This document shows positions 52,312 through 62,237 of a stretch of DNA of 64,000 nucleotides, piece by piece. Under the pieces are notes generated by a model. The model saw only the letters and a list, made by a program, of their open reading frames with translations. It made no database searches and was not told the DNA's origin. The DNA is taken from NCBI GenBank assembly GCA_963702845.1, contig OY969763.1, forward strand, positions 672,001-736,000, read 5' to 3'. Position 1 is the first letter of the stretch, and the number at the start of each line of letters is the position of its first letter. Position numbers and translations under genes: made by a program. This DNA is from an uncultured Verrucomicrobiae bacterium. Lineage in GTDB: Bacteria > Verrucomicrobiota > Verrucomicrobiia > Limisphaerales > Palsa-1400.

Positions 52312-53435
52312 TTATTTAACTTAACCCGATACTTTTGGATTTTCTCCTCGTCCAGTTCCACACCCAGCCCGGGTTTGCCATTTGGACGCGCTTGCCCGGC
52401 AACAATCGGCAGCGGCTCCTGCACAACATCGTCCTCGTAATAAAACGGCCCGATGATATCGCACGGGAAGTTTTCGGCGTGAATACCCGCCGTCGCGATG
52501 CCGAGATGCGTCATGGCCGCGCTGCCAATGCCGAGTTCCAGATTGCTCCCGATCGTGCAACGCAATCCTGCTGATGTGGCAAAATCTGCAATTTTCTTGG
52601 CAGGTCCAATGCCGCCGGCCTTGCCGACGTAAACGGAAAAAACATCCGCTGCATTCATGCGCGAAACCATTTTAGCGTCTTGCAGAGTATAAACGCTTTC
52701 ATCGGCAATGACTGGCAAACCAATCCGCTCGCGCAACGCGGCCATCTCAACAATCTCTTCCGGCGGCAACGGTTGCTCGACAAAATAAATTTTCAATTCT
52801 CGCAATCGTTCGATCGTGGGCGCTGCGTTTTTCAGATTCCAACCACCGTTTGCATCAACTCCCAATTTGATATCCGGCCCAATCGCTTCACGCACTGCTC
52901 GCACACGCGCAACATCCTCATCAGGATCAATCCCGACTTTGACCTTCATTGCCTTGAACCCCTGATCGACCGCTCGCTTCGCAATCTCGGCAGCTTTAGC
53001 CGGTTCCACTCCCGAGACTGACCACTTCGTCGTAACAAACTCCCGCACTTTGCCACCGAGCAATTCGTAAACGGGTTTCCCCGCCGCTTTACCCGCGATG
53101 TCCCACAGGGCCATTTCGACCGCCGCCTTTGTGAACATGTTTCCGGCGAAGGCCAGGCGAAATTTTTGCGTCAGTGATTCAATCTCCAGCGGATTTTGAC
53201 CGGCGAGCAGCGGTTCGAGATAAGTCGCGATCAGATGCGCAGCCGTGAATTGATCTTCACCACTCCACCGCGGCGTGCACGAAGCTTCGCCCAGGCCGAC
53301 AATTCCCGCATCGGTGTGAACCTTGACGATTAGGAATGGTGAGATCGTGTGTGAACCGCCGCGGCCACTGCGTATGGCAACTTGAGAATTGAGCGGAACC
53401 TGAATTGGAATGGTCTCGATGCGTGTAATCTTCAC
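52308..53435 (-). CDS. Mandelate racemase/muconate lactonizing enzyme family (enolase superfamily)
   Basis: GTG start VKITRIET; MKVKVG, VDANGGW, VEQP and IADES. The ORF-track extension to 53714 overlaps radC and is spurious. Confidence 0.9.
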   Translation of the reverse strand: MKITRIETIPIQVPLNSQVAIRSGRGGSHTISPFLIVKVHTDAGIVGLGEASCTPRWSGEDQFTAAHLIATYLEPLLAGQNPLEIESLTQKFRLAFAGNMFTKAAVEMALWDIAGKAAGKPVYELLGGKVREFVTTKWSVSGVEPAKAAEIAKRAVDQGFKAMKVKVGIDPDEDVARVRAVREAIGPDIKLGVDANGGWNLKNAAPTIERLRELKIYFVEQPLPPEEIVEMAALRERIGLPVIADESVYTLQDAKMVSRMNAADVFSVYVGKAGGIGPAKKIADFATSAGLRCTIGSNLELGIGSAAMTHLGIATAGIHAENFPCDIIGPFYYEDDVVQEPLPIVAGQARPNGKPGLGVELDEEKIQKYRVKLNN

Positions 53436-53525
53436 TAATGAGGCGGTTATCTTGTTTTGTTTGCCCGTCAAAGCAATGCAAAAACAGATTGCTGGCGCGC
53501 GGGCTTGAGGATACAACGCGGGCAC

Positions 53526-54239
53526 ATGACCGACGGCACCCGCATCCAGGACCTTCCCGAAAGCGAACGGCCGCGGGAACGTTTGATGAAGCACGGCGTC
53601 GATGCCTTGAGCAAAGCCGAGTTGCTGGCCATTCTTCTCCGCACTGGAACCAAGGGCGCTTCCGCCATCCAAATCGGAGCCGAACTGGTGAAACGATTCG
53701 GCACACTCGACCAACTTTCCCGCGTATCACTTGACGATTTGCGAACGGTAAAAGGTGTCGGTCGCGACAAGGCGATCGCCTTGAAAAGCGCCTTTAAGCT
53801 CGCCCGATTGCTCGTCGAAGAAACTCACGGTGAAGCTCCGGTCCTCGACGAGCCGGGGCGCGTCGCCGATTATCTGCGGGAAGATAATCGGCAATACGAA
53901 GTGGAACAGTTCCAGGCTGTCCTCTTGAACAGCCGCCGCAAATTGATCCGCGTCGAAAAAATCTCGCAAGGCATCTTGGATCAAATCCTCGTTCATCCGC
54001 GCGAAGTCTTCCGCCGCGCCATCGCTGCCAATGCCGCCGCGATTGTTCTTGTTCACAACCATCCCAGCGGCGATCCGACCCCATCCGAAGCCGACATCCG
54101 AACCACTCGCGACATCATTCGTGCCGGGCAACTGCTAAAGATCGAGGTGATCGACCACATCATTTTGGGTCGCAAGTCGGCCGCCGCGCACGGAAAAGAT
54201 TATGTTTCCTTGCGCGAATTGGGCTATTTTTATACCTGA
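53526..54239 (+). CDS. radC: RadC/JAB-domain protein
   Basis: ERPRERL, ELLAILLRTG, VHPREVF, VHNHPSGDPTPSEAD and DHIILG. Confidence 0.95.
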   Translation: MTDGTRIQDLPESERPRERLMKHGVDALSKAELLAILLRTGTKGASAIQIGAELVKRFGTLDQLSRVSLDDLRTVKGVGRDKAIALKSAFKLARLLVEETHGEAPVLDEPGRVADYLREDNRQYEVEQFQAVLLNSRRKLIRVEKISQGILDQILVHPREVFRRAIAANAAAIVLVHNHPSGDPTPSEADIRTTRDIIRAGQLLKIEVIDHIILGRKSAAAHGKDYVSLRELGYFYT

Positions 54240-54240
54240 C

Positions 54241-55035
54241 ATGATTCATCTGACGGCCGTTATCCACCCCAAAGCGCAACTGGACCCCACAGTTGAAGTC
54301 GGTCCCTTTGCTGTCATTGATCAGCACGTCGTTCTCGGACCCAACTGCATCGTGGGCCCGCACGCCTACCTCACCGGCCACACCACAGTCGGTGCGAACA
54401 ACAAAATTTACGCCGGCGCCGTCATCGGGGAAGCGCCCCAGGATCTAAAATATAAAAATGCGCCCACGCGGTTGCGCATTGGTAATAATAATACCTTCCG
54501 CGAAATGGTCACTGTCCATCGGTCCAACAAAGACGAAGAAGATACGGTCATCGGTTCGGACAATTTCCTCATGGCCAATGCCCACGTCGCGCATAATTGC
54601 CAGATCGCAAACAACGTCATTATCGCCAACGGTGCGCTCTTAGGTGGGCATGTGCATATCGCCGATCGTGCGTTTATTTCCGGCAATTGCCTCGTGCATC
54701 AATTCGTTCGTGTCGGTTCACTCGCGCTCATGCGCGGCGGTGCCGCAATCAGCAAAGATTTGCCTCCGTTCACCGTTGCCCTTGGCGACAACGGTATTTG
54801 TGGACTGAACATAATCGGTTTGCGGCGGGCCGGGTTCAGCGCAGACGAACGCCTCGAGTTGAAAAAACTCTATCACGAACTCTTCCGCAGCGGTCAGAAC
54901 CTGACGAAAGTCGCCGCCGCTTGCAAAAGCACGTTCAGCAGCAAACCCGCCCAGTTGGTAATTGATTTCGTCCTGTCGAGCAAACGCGGCGTCACCGCGC
55001 ACTTCGCCGAACTCGAATCCGACGACGAAGAATAA
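54241..55035 (+). CDS. lpxA: UDP-N-acetylglucosamine O-acyltransferase
   Basis: IHLTAVIHPKA hexapeptide repeats, GEAPQDLKY, HVAHNC, VHQFVRVG and GLNIIGLRRAGF. Confidence 0.93.
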   Translation: MIHLTAVIHPKAQLDPTVEVGPFAVIDQHVVLGPNCIVGPHAYLTGHTTVGANNKIYAGAVIGEAPQDLKYKNAPTRLRIGNNNTFREMVTVHRSNKDEEDTVIGSDNFLMANAHVAHNCQIANNVIIANGALLGGHVHIADRAFISGNCLVHQFVRVGSLALMRGGAAISKDLPPFTVALGDNGICGLNIIGLRRAGFSADERLELKKLYHELFRSGQNLTKVAAACKSTFSSKPAQLVIDFVLSSKRGVTAHFAELESDDEE

Positions 55036-55036
55036 A

Positions 55037-55459
55037 TCAAATCCGCTTTTCGTCCGCGTCGATGAAGTCGACGAAATTATCGATGTCCGTGCGGTGACCC
55101 ATGTTCGCCTCTTTCAGTCGCATTTTCAGGCGTTCGCGTGCATCATCAGCGTCGCGTCCCCGGTTGAGCACAAAATTATTAAATGCCGCCTTCTCCGCAT
55201 CCGACTTCTTCACATTCTGCCGAACCCAATCAGCCACTTGCCCATCCGTGATCGAATTCTTCACCACCTCGATCATCTTGTCAGGCGCTACCCCTGAAGC
55301 CTTGAGCCACGCCCCATCAAAACCTTTGGTAAAGTTTTCCTGGTAATCCTTGTGCAATTTGTCCGCGAGATGCAGGCGGATTTTATCAACAAAGCGGGGC
55401 AAATAGACCCAACCAGCCATGGTCTCGCGTGCACTGCGTGGATAAATAATCTGTTCCAT
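55037..55459 (-). CDS. DUF5069 domain protein
   Basis: PRSARETMAGWVYLPRFVDKIR...FIDADE. Confidence 0.75.
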   Translation of the reverse strand: MEQIIYPRSARETMAGWVYLPRFVDKIRLHLADKLHKDYQENFTKGFDGAWLKASGVAPDKMIEVVKNSITDGQVADWVRQNVKKSDAEKAAFNNFVLNRGRDADDARERLKMRLKEANMGHRTDIDNFVDFIDADEKRI

Positions 55460-55556
55460 AAGAACCAAGTTTCAGGAACGGCGTGCCGCTGTCAACTGAG
55501 CGCCACGCAAATTGGTTCGAATGTTTTGATTATTTTCGTCGTCCGTGTTTTGATAC

Positions 55557-58500
55557 ATGTCGATGCCATTCACAAACGCCAGAGTCGTTCTATGCCTCTT
55601 GCTTGCAGTTTTCACCGCGCGAGCGGCGACACCGGTGAAGCGCATCGATTTCAACCGCGACATTCGCCCGATCCTTTCCGACAACTGCTTTAACTGCCAC
55701 GGCTTCGACGAAAAAAAGCGCAAAGCCAAACTCCGCCTCGACACCTTCGAAGGCGCTACTGCAACACGCGATCCGAAGGCTGCCATCAAACCCAAAGATC
55801 TCAACGCGAGCGAACTCTGGTATCGCATCAACACCACCAACGCCGACGACCACATGCCGCCGGCTGAATCGAACAAAAAACTGACCGCCGCGCAAATCGA
55901 CTCCTTGAAACGCTGGATTCAGGAAGGAGCCCAATACAAGGGCCATTGGGCATTTCAAGCGCCGGTAACGCCTGAACTCCCGGTCATCAAAGCGAAGAAC
56001 TGGCCCAAAAACGAAATCGATTATTTCATCGCCGCAAAGCTGGAAGAAAAAGGCCTCAAGCCAGAGTCTGAGGCCAGCAAAGAAACATTGATTCGCCGCG
56101 TGACCTTCGATTTAACCGGTTTGCCACCGACACCGGCCGAAGTGGATGCGTTCCTGAAAGACAAGCGTCCTGAAGCTTACGAAGCGGTGGTCGATCGATT
56201 GTTGGAGTCACCTCATTATGGCGAACACCAGGCGCGCTTCTGGCTCGATGCCGTGCGCTATGGCGACACCCATGGATTGCATTTGGACAACGAGCGCGCC
56301 ATGTGGCCCTATCGCGATTGGGTGGTCAAGGCCTACAACGAGAACATGCCGTATGACCAATTTACGAAGTGGCAACTCGCCGGCGACCTCATGCCAAACG
56401 CGACCCGCGCGCAAAAGATTGCCTCGGGCTACAACCGCTGCAATGTAACCACGAGCGAGGGCGGCGCGATCGAGGATGAGTTCTACGTCCGTTACGCCGT
56501 CGACCGCACCGAAACAACCGCCGTGGTCTTCATGGGATTGACCGCGGGTTGTGCCGTCTGTCACGACCACAAATACGATCCCATCACGCAAAAAGAGTTC
56601 TACTCGATGTACGCCTTTTTCAACAATTGCACTGAGAAGGCGATGGACGGAAATGCGAAGGATACGGCCCCGTCCATTCAACTCCCAACCGTAAAACAGA
56701 CAAAAGACCTCGCCGCGATGGACGGAAAAATTGATGTTGTAAAAAACAAAATTTCAACCGCTCTGGCGAAAATTACCTACAAAGATCCCGGCCCAACCAT
56801 GCTGCAAACAAACGGGACGGTAGAAGAATTTGTATGGGTCGACGACGAATTGCCGACTGGCGCAGTTGCTATCAAGGACGACAAAACCCCAGAATTGCTA
56901 TGGGTGACGAACAATGTGTTTAGCGGTAAACGCGCCATTAAACGGAGCGGAACCGGCCTCGTTCAGGATTTTTTCACCAACTGCGCCTCGCCGTTGATCG
57001 TCACGAAGAACGACAAGTTATTTGCTTACGTTTATCTGGAGCCCACCAATATGCCGAAGGCGATCATGCTCCAGTTCCACACCACGGATTGGCTCTACCG
57101 CGCGAACTGGGGCGACGAAGACGCGATCCCGTTTGGCGACAAGGGCACGGAAAAGAAAAAACAGATGGGCAAGTTACCCGAAGCCGGCAAATGGGTGCGC
57201 CTTGAAGTGGACACCGCCGATTTAAAAATGAAACCCGGCCTCCGCATCAAAGGCCTCGCCCTGACGCAGTTTGGCGGCACGGTTTCTTGGGACAAGATTG
57301 GCGCGGTGACACGAGCCGTCCAAAAAGATTTGTCGCCGGTTTCCCTGAAACAATGGGAAATCCACGTGAGAGCGGAAAGCTACGTCGGGCTGCCTGAGGA
57401 TGTCGTTAAGGCGCTCATGCCAAAAAAAGGCGAGAAGGCGACCGACAAAGACCGGAAAGCATTGAAAGAATATTATCTGTCTGAAATCCACGACGGCACT
57501 CGCGAGAAATTCAAGTCCATGCGTGCCAAACTCGAACCGATGGAGAAAGAACGCAAAGAGTTGAACGAAAATATTCCGATTACTTTGGTCTTTAAAGAAA
57601 TGGAAAAACCACGTGGCGCTTTTCTGCTCAAGCGTGGCGCATACGACCAACGTGGCGATCCCGTGCAGCCGGGCGTCCCAAAGATGCTTCCGCCGTTGCC
57701 AAAAACGGACCAAACAAATCGACTGACGCTCGCCGAATGGTTGGTGGCAAGGAACCACCCTCTGACCTCGCGCGTCATCGTCAATCGTTATTGGCAGCAG
57801 TTCTTTGGTACGGGCATTGTGAAAACAGCGCAGGATTTCGGATCGCAAGGCGAATGGCCGTCTCATCCTGAATTGCTCGATTGGCTTGCGACACACTTCA
57901 TGGACAGCGGTTGGAACGTTAAACATTTCCATCGACTCCTCATGACTTCCGCAGCCTATCGCCAGGATTCACACGTTACGCCGAAGAAGATCGAACTCGA
58001 TCCCGAAAACAGGCTCGTATCGCGTGGCCCGCGTTTCCGTCTTGATGCCGAGGAAATCCGCGACAACGCACTTTACGTCAGCGGCCTTTTGGTCGACAAA
58101 CCCGGCGGACACGCCGACAAACCCTACCAGCCAGGCGGAATTTGGGAGGCAGTCGGCTACACCGCGAGCAATACGGCGAAATACGAGCAGGACCACGGTG
58201 ACGCACTTTATCGCCGCAGCCTTTATCTATTCTGGAAACGCACTGCGCCGCCGCCGACGATGGTCACGTTTGACGCGCCTTCTCGCGAAAAATACTGCGT
58301 TCGGCGCGAGCGTTCTGACACGCCGCTCCAGGCGCTGATCACGATGAACGATGTGCAATTCGTCGAAGCCGCGCGTCACCTTGCCGAACGCTTGTTACGC
58401 GAGAAGAAGGATCCTGCCGAACGATTGGATTACGGTTTCCAATTGGTCACCGCGCGCCACCCATCGGCGACCGAGAAGAGCACGTTGCGTGATTTGCTGG

Positions 58501-58664
58501 AGAAAAACCTTTCGCGCTATCACCACGACAAAACCGCTGCCGAAAAATTAATTTCCTTAGGCGAATCGCCGGTGGATAAGAAAACTGATCCGGGCGATCT
58601 CGCCGCTTACACGATGGTTTCGAGCCTGCTGCTCAATCTCGACGAAACCCTCAACAAGAACTAG
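55557..58664 (+). CDS. Planctomycete cytochrome c / DUF1549 (PSCyt2) / DUF1553 (PSD1) protein
   Basis: FNRDIRPILSDNCFNCHG, HWAF, RRVTFDLTGLPP, WLDAVRYGD, CAVCHDHKYDP, HPELLDWLA, YRRSLY and LLNLDE. Confidence 0.93.
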   Translation: MSMPFTNARVVLCLLLAVFTARAATPVKRIDFNRDIRPILSDNCFNCHGFDEKKRKAKLRLDTFEGATATRDPKAAIKPKDLNASELWYRINTTNADDHMPPAESNKKLTAAQIDSLKRWIQEGAQYKGHWAFQAPVTPELPVIKAKNWPKNEIDYFIAAKLEEKGLKPESEASKETLIRRVTFDLTGLPPTPAEVDAFLKDKRPEAYEAVVDRLLESPHYGEHQARFWLDAVRYGDTHGLHLDNERAMWPYRDWVVKAYNENMPYDQFTKWQLAGDLMPNATRAQKIASGYNRCNVTTSEGGAIEDEFYVRYAVDRTETTAVVFMGLTAGCAVCHDHKYDPITQKEFYSMYAFFNNCTEKAMDGNAKDTAPSIQLPTVKQTKDLAAMDGKIDVVKNKISTALAKITYKDPGPTMLQTNGTVEEFVWVDDELPTGAVAIKDDKTPELLWVTNNVFSGKRAIKRSGTGLVQDFFTNCASPLIVTKNDKLFAYVYLEPTNMPKAIMLQFHTTDWLYRANWGDEDAIPFGDKGTEKKKQMGKLPEAGKWVRLEVDTADLKMKPGLRIKGLALTQFGGTVSWDKIGAVTRAVQKDLSPVSLKQWEIHVRAESYVGLPEDVVKALMPKKGEKATDKDRKALKEYYLSEIHDGTREKFKSMRAKLEPMEKERKELNENIPITLVFKEMEKPRGAFLLKRGAYDQRGDPVQPGVPKMLPPLPKTDQTNRLTLAEWLVARNHPLTSRVIVNRYWQQFFGTGIVKTAQDFGSQGEWPSHPELLDWLATHFMDSGWNVKHFHRLLMTSAAYRQDSHVTPKKIELDPENRLVSRGPRFRLDAEEIRDNALYVSGLLVDKPGGHADKPYQPGGIWEAVGYTASNTAKYEQDHGDALYRRSLYLFWKRTAPPPTMVTFDAPSREKYCVRRERSDTPLQALITMNDVQFVEAARHLAERLLREKKDPAERLDYGFQLVTARHPSATEKSTLRDLLEKNLSRYHHDKTAAEKLISLGESPVDKKTDPGDLAAYTMVSSLLLNLDETLNKN

Positions 58665-59301
58665 CGCGGATTTCGGGAACGCCCAAAACGCGTATTCCCG
58701 CAGGCGGATTTTCAACGCTCCATACCAGCGCGTTCAAAATTTGTTCCAACGTCACCAGCCCGAGCCGCCGCGCGCTTTCCCGAGTTGCCGGCAATCGTTC
58801 ACAAATCCAATAGAACGGAATCAACGCAGACGGCCAGCGGCGGCCGGGGCCTAGCACATACCACGGTCGCAGAATCGTTGCCGTCAAGCCGCGCTTGCGA
58901 ATCGTTTCCTCGCATTCGCTGCGAACTCCGATGTAGGCGTGCATCATCGGAGCAGGGTGGGCGACGCTCAAATAAATGAAGTGTTTAACTCCAGCTTCCT
59001 TCGCCGACTCGATCGCAACCTGCGCAGAGACAAAATCAATTTCGCGAAATTGTTTGGCTTTCGATGGACTCGGATGCGGCACGCCAATCAGTTGAATGAA
59101 CGTGTCCGCCGGACGAATCGCTGTCGTATATGAATCCGTTTGCAATGGATCGGCGACCACGATCTCCGTCCCCGACGGCGCTTTCCCTTCCGATCCTTTT
59201 CTCGCCAGGACCTTCACCATGTGCCCACGTTCAAGGAGAAGCGGCACGAGCCGCTGCCCCATATAACCGGTTGCGCCGGTGATGAAGACCTGTCGCCCCA
59301 T
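58651..59301 (-). CDS. NAD(P)-binding atypical SDR (NmrA/NDUFA9-like)
   Basis: FITGATGYMG and ILRPWYVLGPG. Confidence 0.85.
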   Translation of the reverse strand: MGRQVFITGATGYMGQRLVPLLLERGHMVKVLARKGSEGKAPSGTEIVVADPLQTDSYTTAIRPADTFIQLIGVPHPSPSKAKQFREIDFVSAQVAIESAKEAGVKHFIYLSVAHPAPMMHAYIGVRSECEETIRKRGLTATILRPWYVLGPGRRWPSALIPFYWICERLPATRESARRLGLVTLEQILNALVWSVENPPAGIRVLGVPEIRASSC

Positions 59302-60746
59302 TAAACTTGTGTCGGTACCACGAACGGCTTGCGATATTCGCGCGTGAGCAGCGCGTTGGCGTCGCTGTTGTCGATGAACTTTTCCTGCACCACATCCATT
59401 TTCAAGAATTGTCCAAGTGTCGCTTTCGTTTTATTCAGGTCGACATCGTTTTGCCCGAGGTGTTCAACCATGCGATTGAACGTATTCACTGCGTCGCGAT
59501 CGCCTTTAATGCGATCGCGGATTTCATCCGGTCCGACAGTTTTGCCGAGCCGGTACGAAATATTGCCCGTGTGGCAGAGCGCACTCGAAATGTGGCCCTC
59601 GGAAATATCCGCGTGCAAATCGCTGACTTTGCGGCTGCGCACGCCTTTCATGAAATTTTCGTAATGGCTGGAGGTGCCGTTGAAGGTTTTAACTTCTTTG
59701 CCGCTCTTATCGAATACGATTGCCTTGGTATAATCAGGCACCTGCACGCGCCCGCCTTCGCATTCGATACTCGCACCGACGGCGTCGCCCATGTATTTCG
59801 GCGTGTGATGGGCGGTTGTGCTTTCCGGTAATCCGCGCAATTCGAAAATCAAAGGTGCTTTCTCGTAATCGTGAAATATCGTCGCTGTATTGGGCGTTTC
59901 GCCATCATCTTCGTAGCCGAGGCGTCCGCCGACAGCCCATACGCGCGGCGAAAGATGCTGTTCGCCGAGAAACCAGCGGGCGATGTCCATCTGGTGAATC
60001 CCCTGGTTGCCAAGGTCGCCATTGCCGTAGTTCCAGAACCAATGCCAATCGTAGTGCACCGGGCCGAATTTCTGGTGATTCCAATGCGGCGCCAAAACTT
60101 GCGCTGGACCGGACCAAAGATCGTAGTCGATGTAATCGGGAACTTTTTGTGCGCCGTTTTTGCCGACGCTCGGGCGTGCTTTGTAACAGAGACCACGCGC
60201 CACGAGGATTTTCCCAAGATTACCTTTTTGCACCCACTCGACTGCCTCACGAATCCCGTGACTGGATCGCGATTGCGTTCCGGCCTGGCAAATACGCTTG
60301 TATTTCCGCGCTGCCTTGATGATTTGCGGGCCTTCCCAGACGTTGTGCGAAACCGGTTTTTCGAGATAAACATCTTTGCCCGCCTGCATCGCCCAAATCG
60401 ACGCTAACGCGTGCCAATGATTCGGTGTGGCGATGGTGATGACATCAACGTCTTTATTCTCCAAAAGTTTCCGGATGTCGGTATAGCCCTGCACATTTTC
60501 GCCGCGGTTCTTGGCCGATTCGACGCCGTTCCCAAGAACATGTTTATCGACATCACAAAGCGCGACGAGGCGCACGCCTTTTACATTGCGCAGGCCCGCG
60601 ATGTGGTCGCCTCCGCGTCCGTGAAAGCCAACGACCGCGACACGAATATCGCTGTTCGCGCCGAGGATGCGTTTGTTTACCGAGAATGTGAGTGCGCCAG
60701 TGGCCAGCGCCGTTTTTTGAAGGAAGCTACGACGAGTTAATTTCAT
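59301..60746 (-). CDS. Tat-exported Gfo/Idh/MocA oxidoreductase
   Basis: TRRSFL Tat motif; ATPNHWH, DVYLEKP, GTQSRS and GDLGNQGIHQMD. Confidence 0.92.
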   Translation of the reverse strand: MKLTRRSFLQKTALATGALTFSVNKRILGANSDIRVAVVGFHGRGGDHIAGLRNVKGVRLVALCDVDKHVLGNGVESAKNRGENVQGYTDIRKLLENKDVDVITIATPNHWHALASIWAMQAGKDVYLEKPVSHNVWEGPQIIKAARKYKRICQAGTQSRSSHGIREAVEWVQKGNLGKILVARGLCYKARPSVGKNGAQKVPDYIDYDLWSGPAQVLAPHWNHQKFGPVHYDWHWFWNYGNGDLGNQGIHQMDIARWFLGEQHLSPRVWAVGGRLGYEDDGETPNTATIFHDYEKAPLIFELRGLPESTTAHHTPKYMGDAVGASIECEGGRVQVPDYTKAIVFDKSGKEVKTFNGTSSHYENFMKGVRSRKVSDLHADISEGHISSALCHTGNISYRLGKTVGPDEIRDRIKGDRDAVNTFNRMVEHLGQNDVDLNKTKATLGQFLKMDVVQEKFIDNSDANALLTREYRKPFVVPTQV

Positions 60747-60794
60747 AAAGGGCAAGCCAACCGGTCGCAACGCCGCGCTGCGGCGTCTGCTCCT

Positions 60795-61245
60795 TTAGGC
60801 TTTACCCCCGTAGCTTACATAATCATCGACATCCAACAAGTCGAACCATGTGTTGATGTCTTTGCGTTTGGGCGCGCACTCGGATTTCATCTCGTTGAAA
60901 AACTCGCGCGTGTCGTCGTCATGTGGCTTGCGTTGTTCCTGCGCGGCAGACCAATGTTGGATTTGTTCCGGGGTCGGATGGTTTTTTGCGTTGGCCTCAA
61001 TCCAATCGAGAATTTCACCATCGCTTTTGCCTGCGGCGAGTTGTTCTCGCAACTTTTCAGGATCGACGCCAACGAACGTGAGGAATTGTTGATCGAGCGG
61101 GCAAGCATATTTGTATTCACCCTGTTTTCCGACCAGCACGGAACGGCCTTTATCGAGTCACTCGCGGTAAAACAACATACCCGCCGAGACGAACACGGGC
61201 GCTGCGCGGTGGACGTTGTGTCAGATCAAGAAAGTAGTTTGGCAT
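60795..61245 (-). CDS. Second DUF5069 domain protein; frameshift near 61160
   Basis: Manual translation MPNYFLDLTQRPPRSARVRLGGYVVLPR joins DKGR..GEYKYACPLDQ..WFDLLDVDD. Confidence 0.75.
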
Positions 61246-61351
61246 ATTATTGACTAACTTCGAGGGCACCCGCGAAAAAATCAAGAGCCGGTTCGAAGGC
61301 CTCCGAGCCTATCGTATTGCAGGTTTCCAAAGCTGCAGACATTGAGGACCG

Positions 61352-62135
61352 TTACATCTCCAAAGTAGGACAAATCGTATCCTGCGAAGTCGACATCACA
61401 TTTACATGCGTCGCCCCGATCTTCTGCATCCGTTCACTGAGCACACGATGCGCCAATTCCGGTGTATTACAGTCGCGGCTTAAATGCGCCAAATATAACT
61501 GCCGCAATTCTGCCGAACAAATTTCCTGGGCAACATCCGCTGCCGCCTCATTCGACAAATGCCCATGTCGACTGAGAATGCGCTGCTTCAAACTCCAAGG
61601 CCGATGCGGGTCGTCCTGCAACATCTTGACGTCATGATTCGTTTCCAGAATCAACACATTCGCCGCCCGGACGCGTTCAACCGCCAGCTTGGTGGCATGA
61701 CCCAAATCGGTCAGCACGCCCAACATTTCCTTTTCGCGTGCGTAGAAGGAACCCGACCGGGTCAATCGCATCGTGCGGAATGGAAAACGTCTCCACCACA
61801 ACATCACCAATCTCAAACGAGCCACCGGTATCAAAAATCCGGCAATCCAATTTACATTGCAGCGTCGATTCGATGGCTTCCTTCGTCAGGCGATTGCAAT
61901 AAATCGGCACGTTCACCTTCGCGAGAATGCCTGTCAGCCCCGTGATGTGGTCGGAATGTTCGTGCGTGATGAGAATGCCTTGCAGGCTCTCCGGTGAACG
62001 TCCAATCGTGGCGAGCCGCTGCCGAATTTGGCGTCCGCTCAAACCTGCGTCGATTAAGAGCCGCGTTTCACCGGTTTCCAGAAAAGCGCAGTTGCCCGAT
62101 GAACCACTTCCTAAAATCGTCAGTCGCGCGGACAC
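61352..62135 (-). CDS. MBL-fold metallo-hydrolase (YycJ/WalJ-like); frameshift near 61733
   Basis: LGSGSSGN, ITHEHSDH, PHDAIDPVGF, TDLG, LETNHD, GHLSN and AHLSRDCN. Confidence 0.88.
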
Positions 62136-62142
62136 GGGCGCA

Positions 62143-62171
62143 ACCTTAGAAGTTCGTCAAAAATCCAGCAA
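62143..62171 (-). promoter_or_regulatory. sigma70-type promoter, leaderless
   Basis: TTGCTG, 17-nt spacer, TAAGGT, then 7 nt to the GTG start at 62135. Confidence 0.5.
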
Positions 62172-62237
62172 TCTTTTTCAGAATTATTCTGGAATACCTC
62201 TTGAGGTAAAATGCTTCTGCACTAAAATCTCCTCTCG

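Noticed and set aside
53526..54239. radC as a marker of a mobile element
   Set aside because: It is the full-length chromosomal type with an N-terminal HhH region, flanked by housekeeping genes, with no integrase or att repeats.
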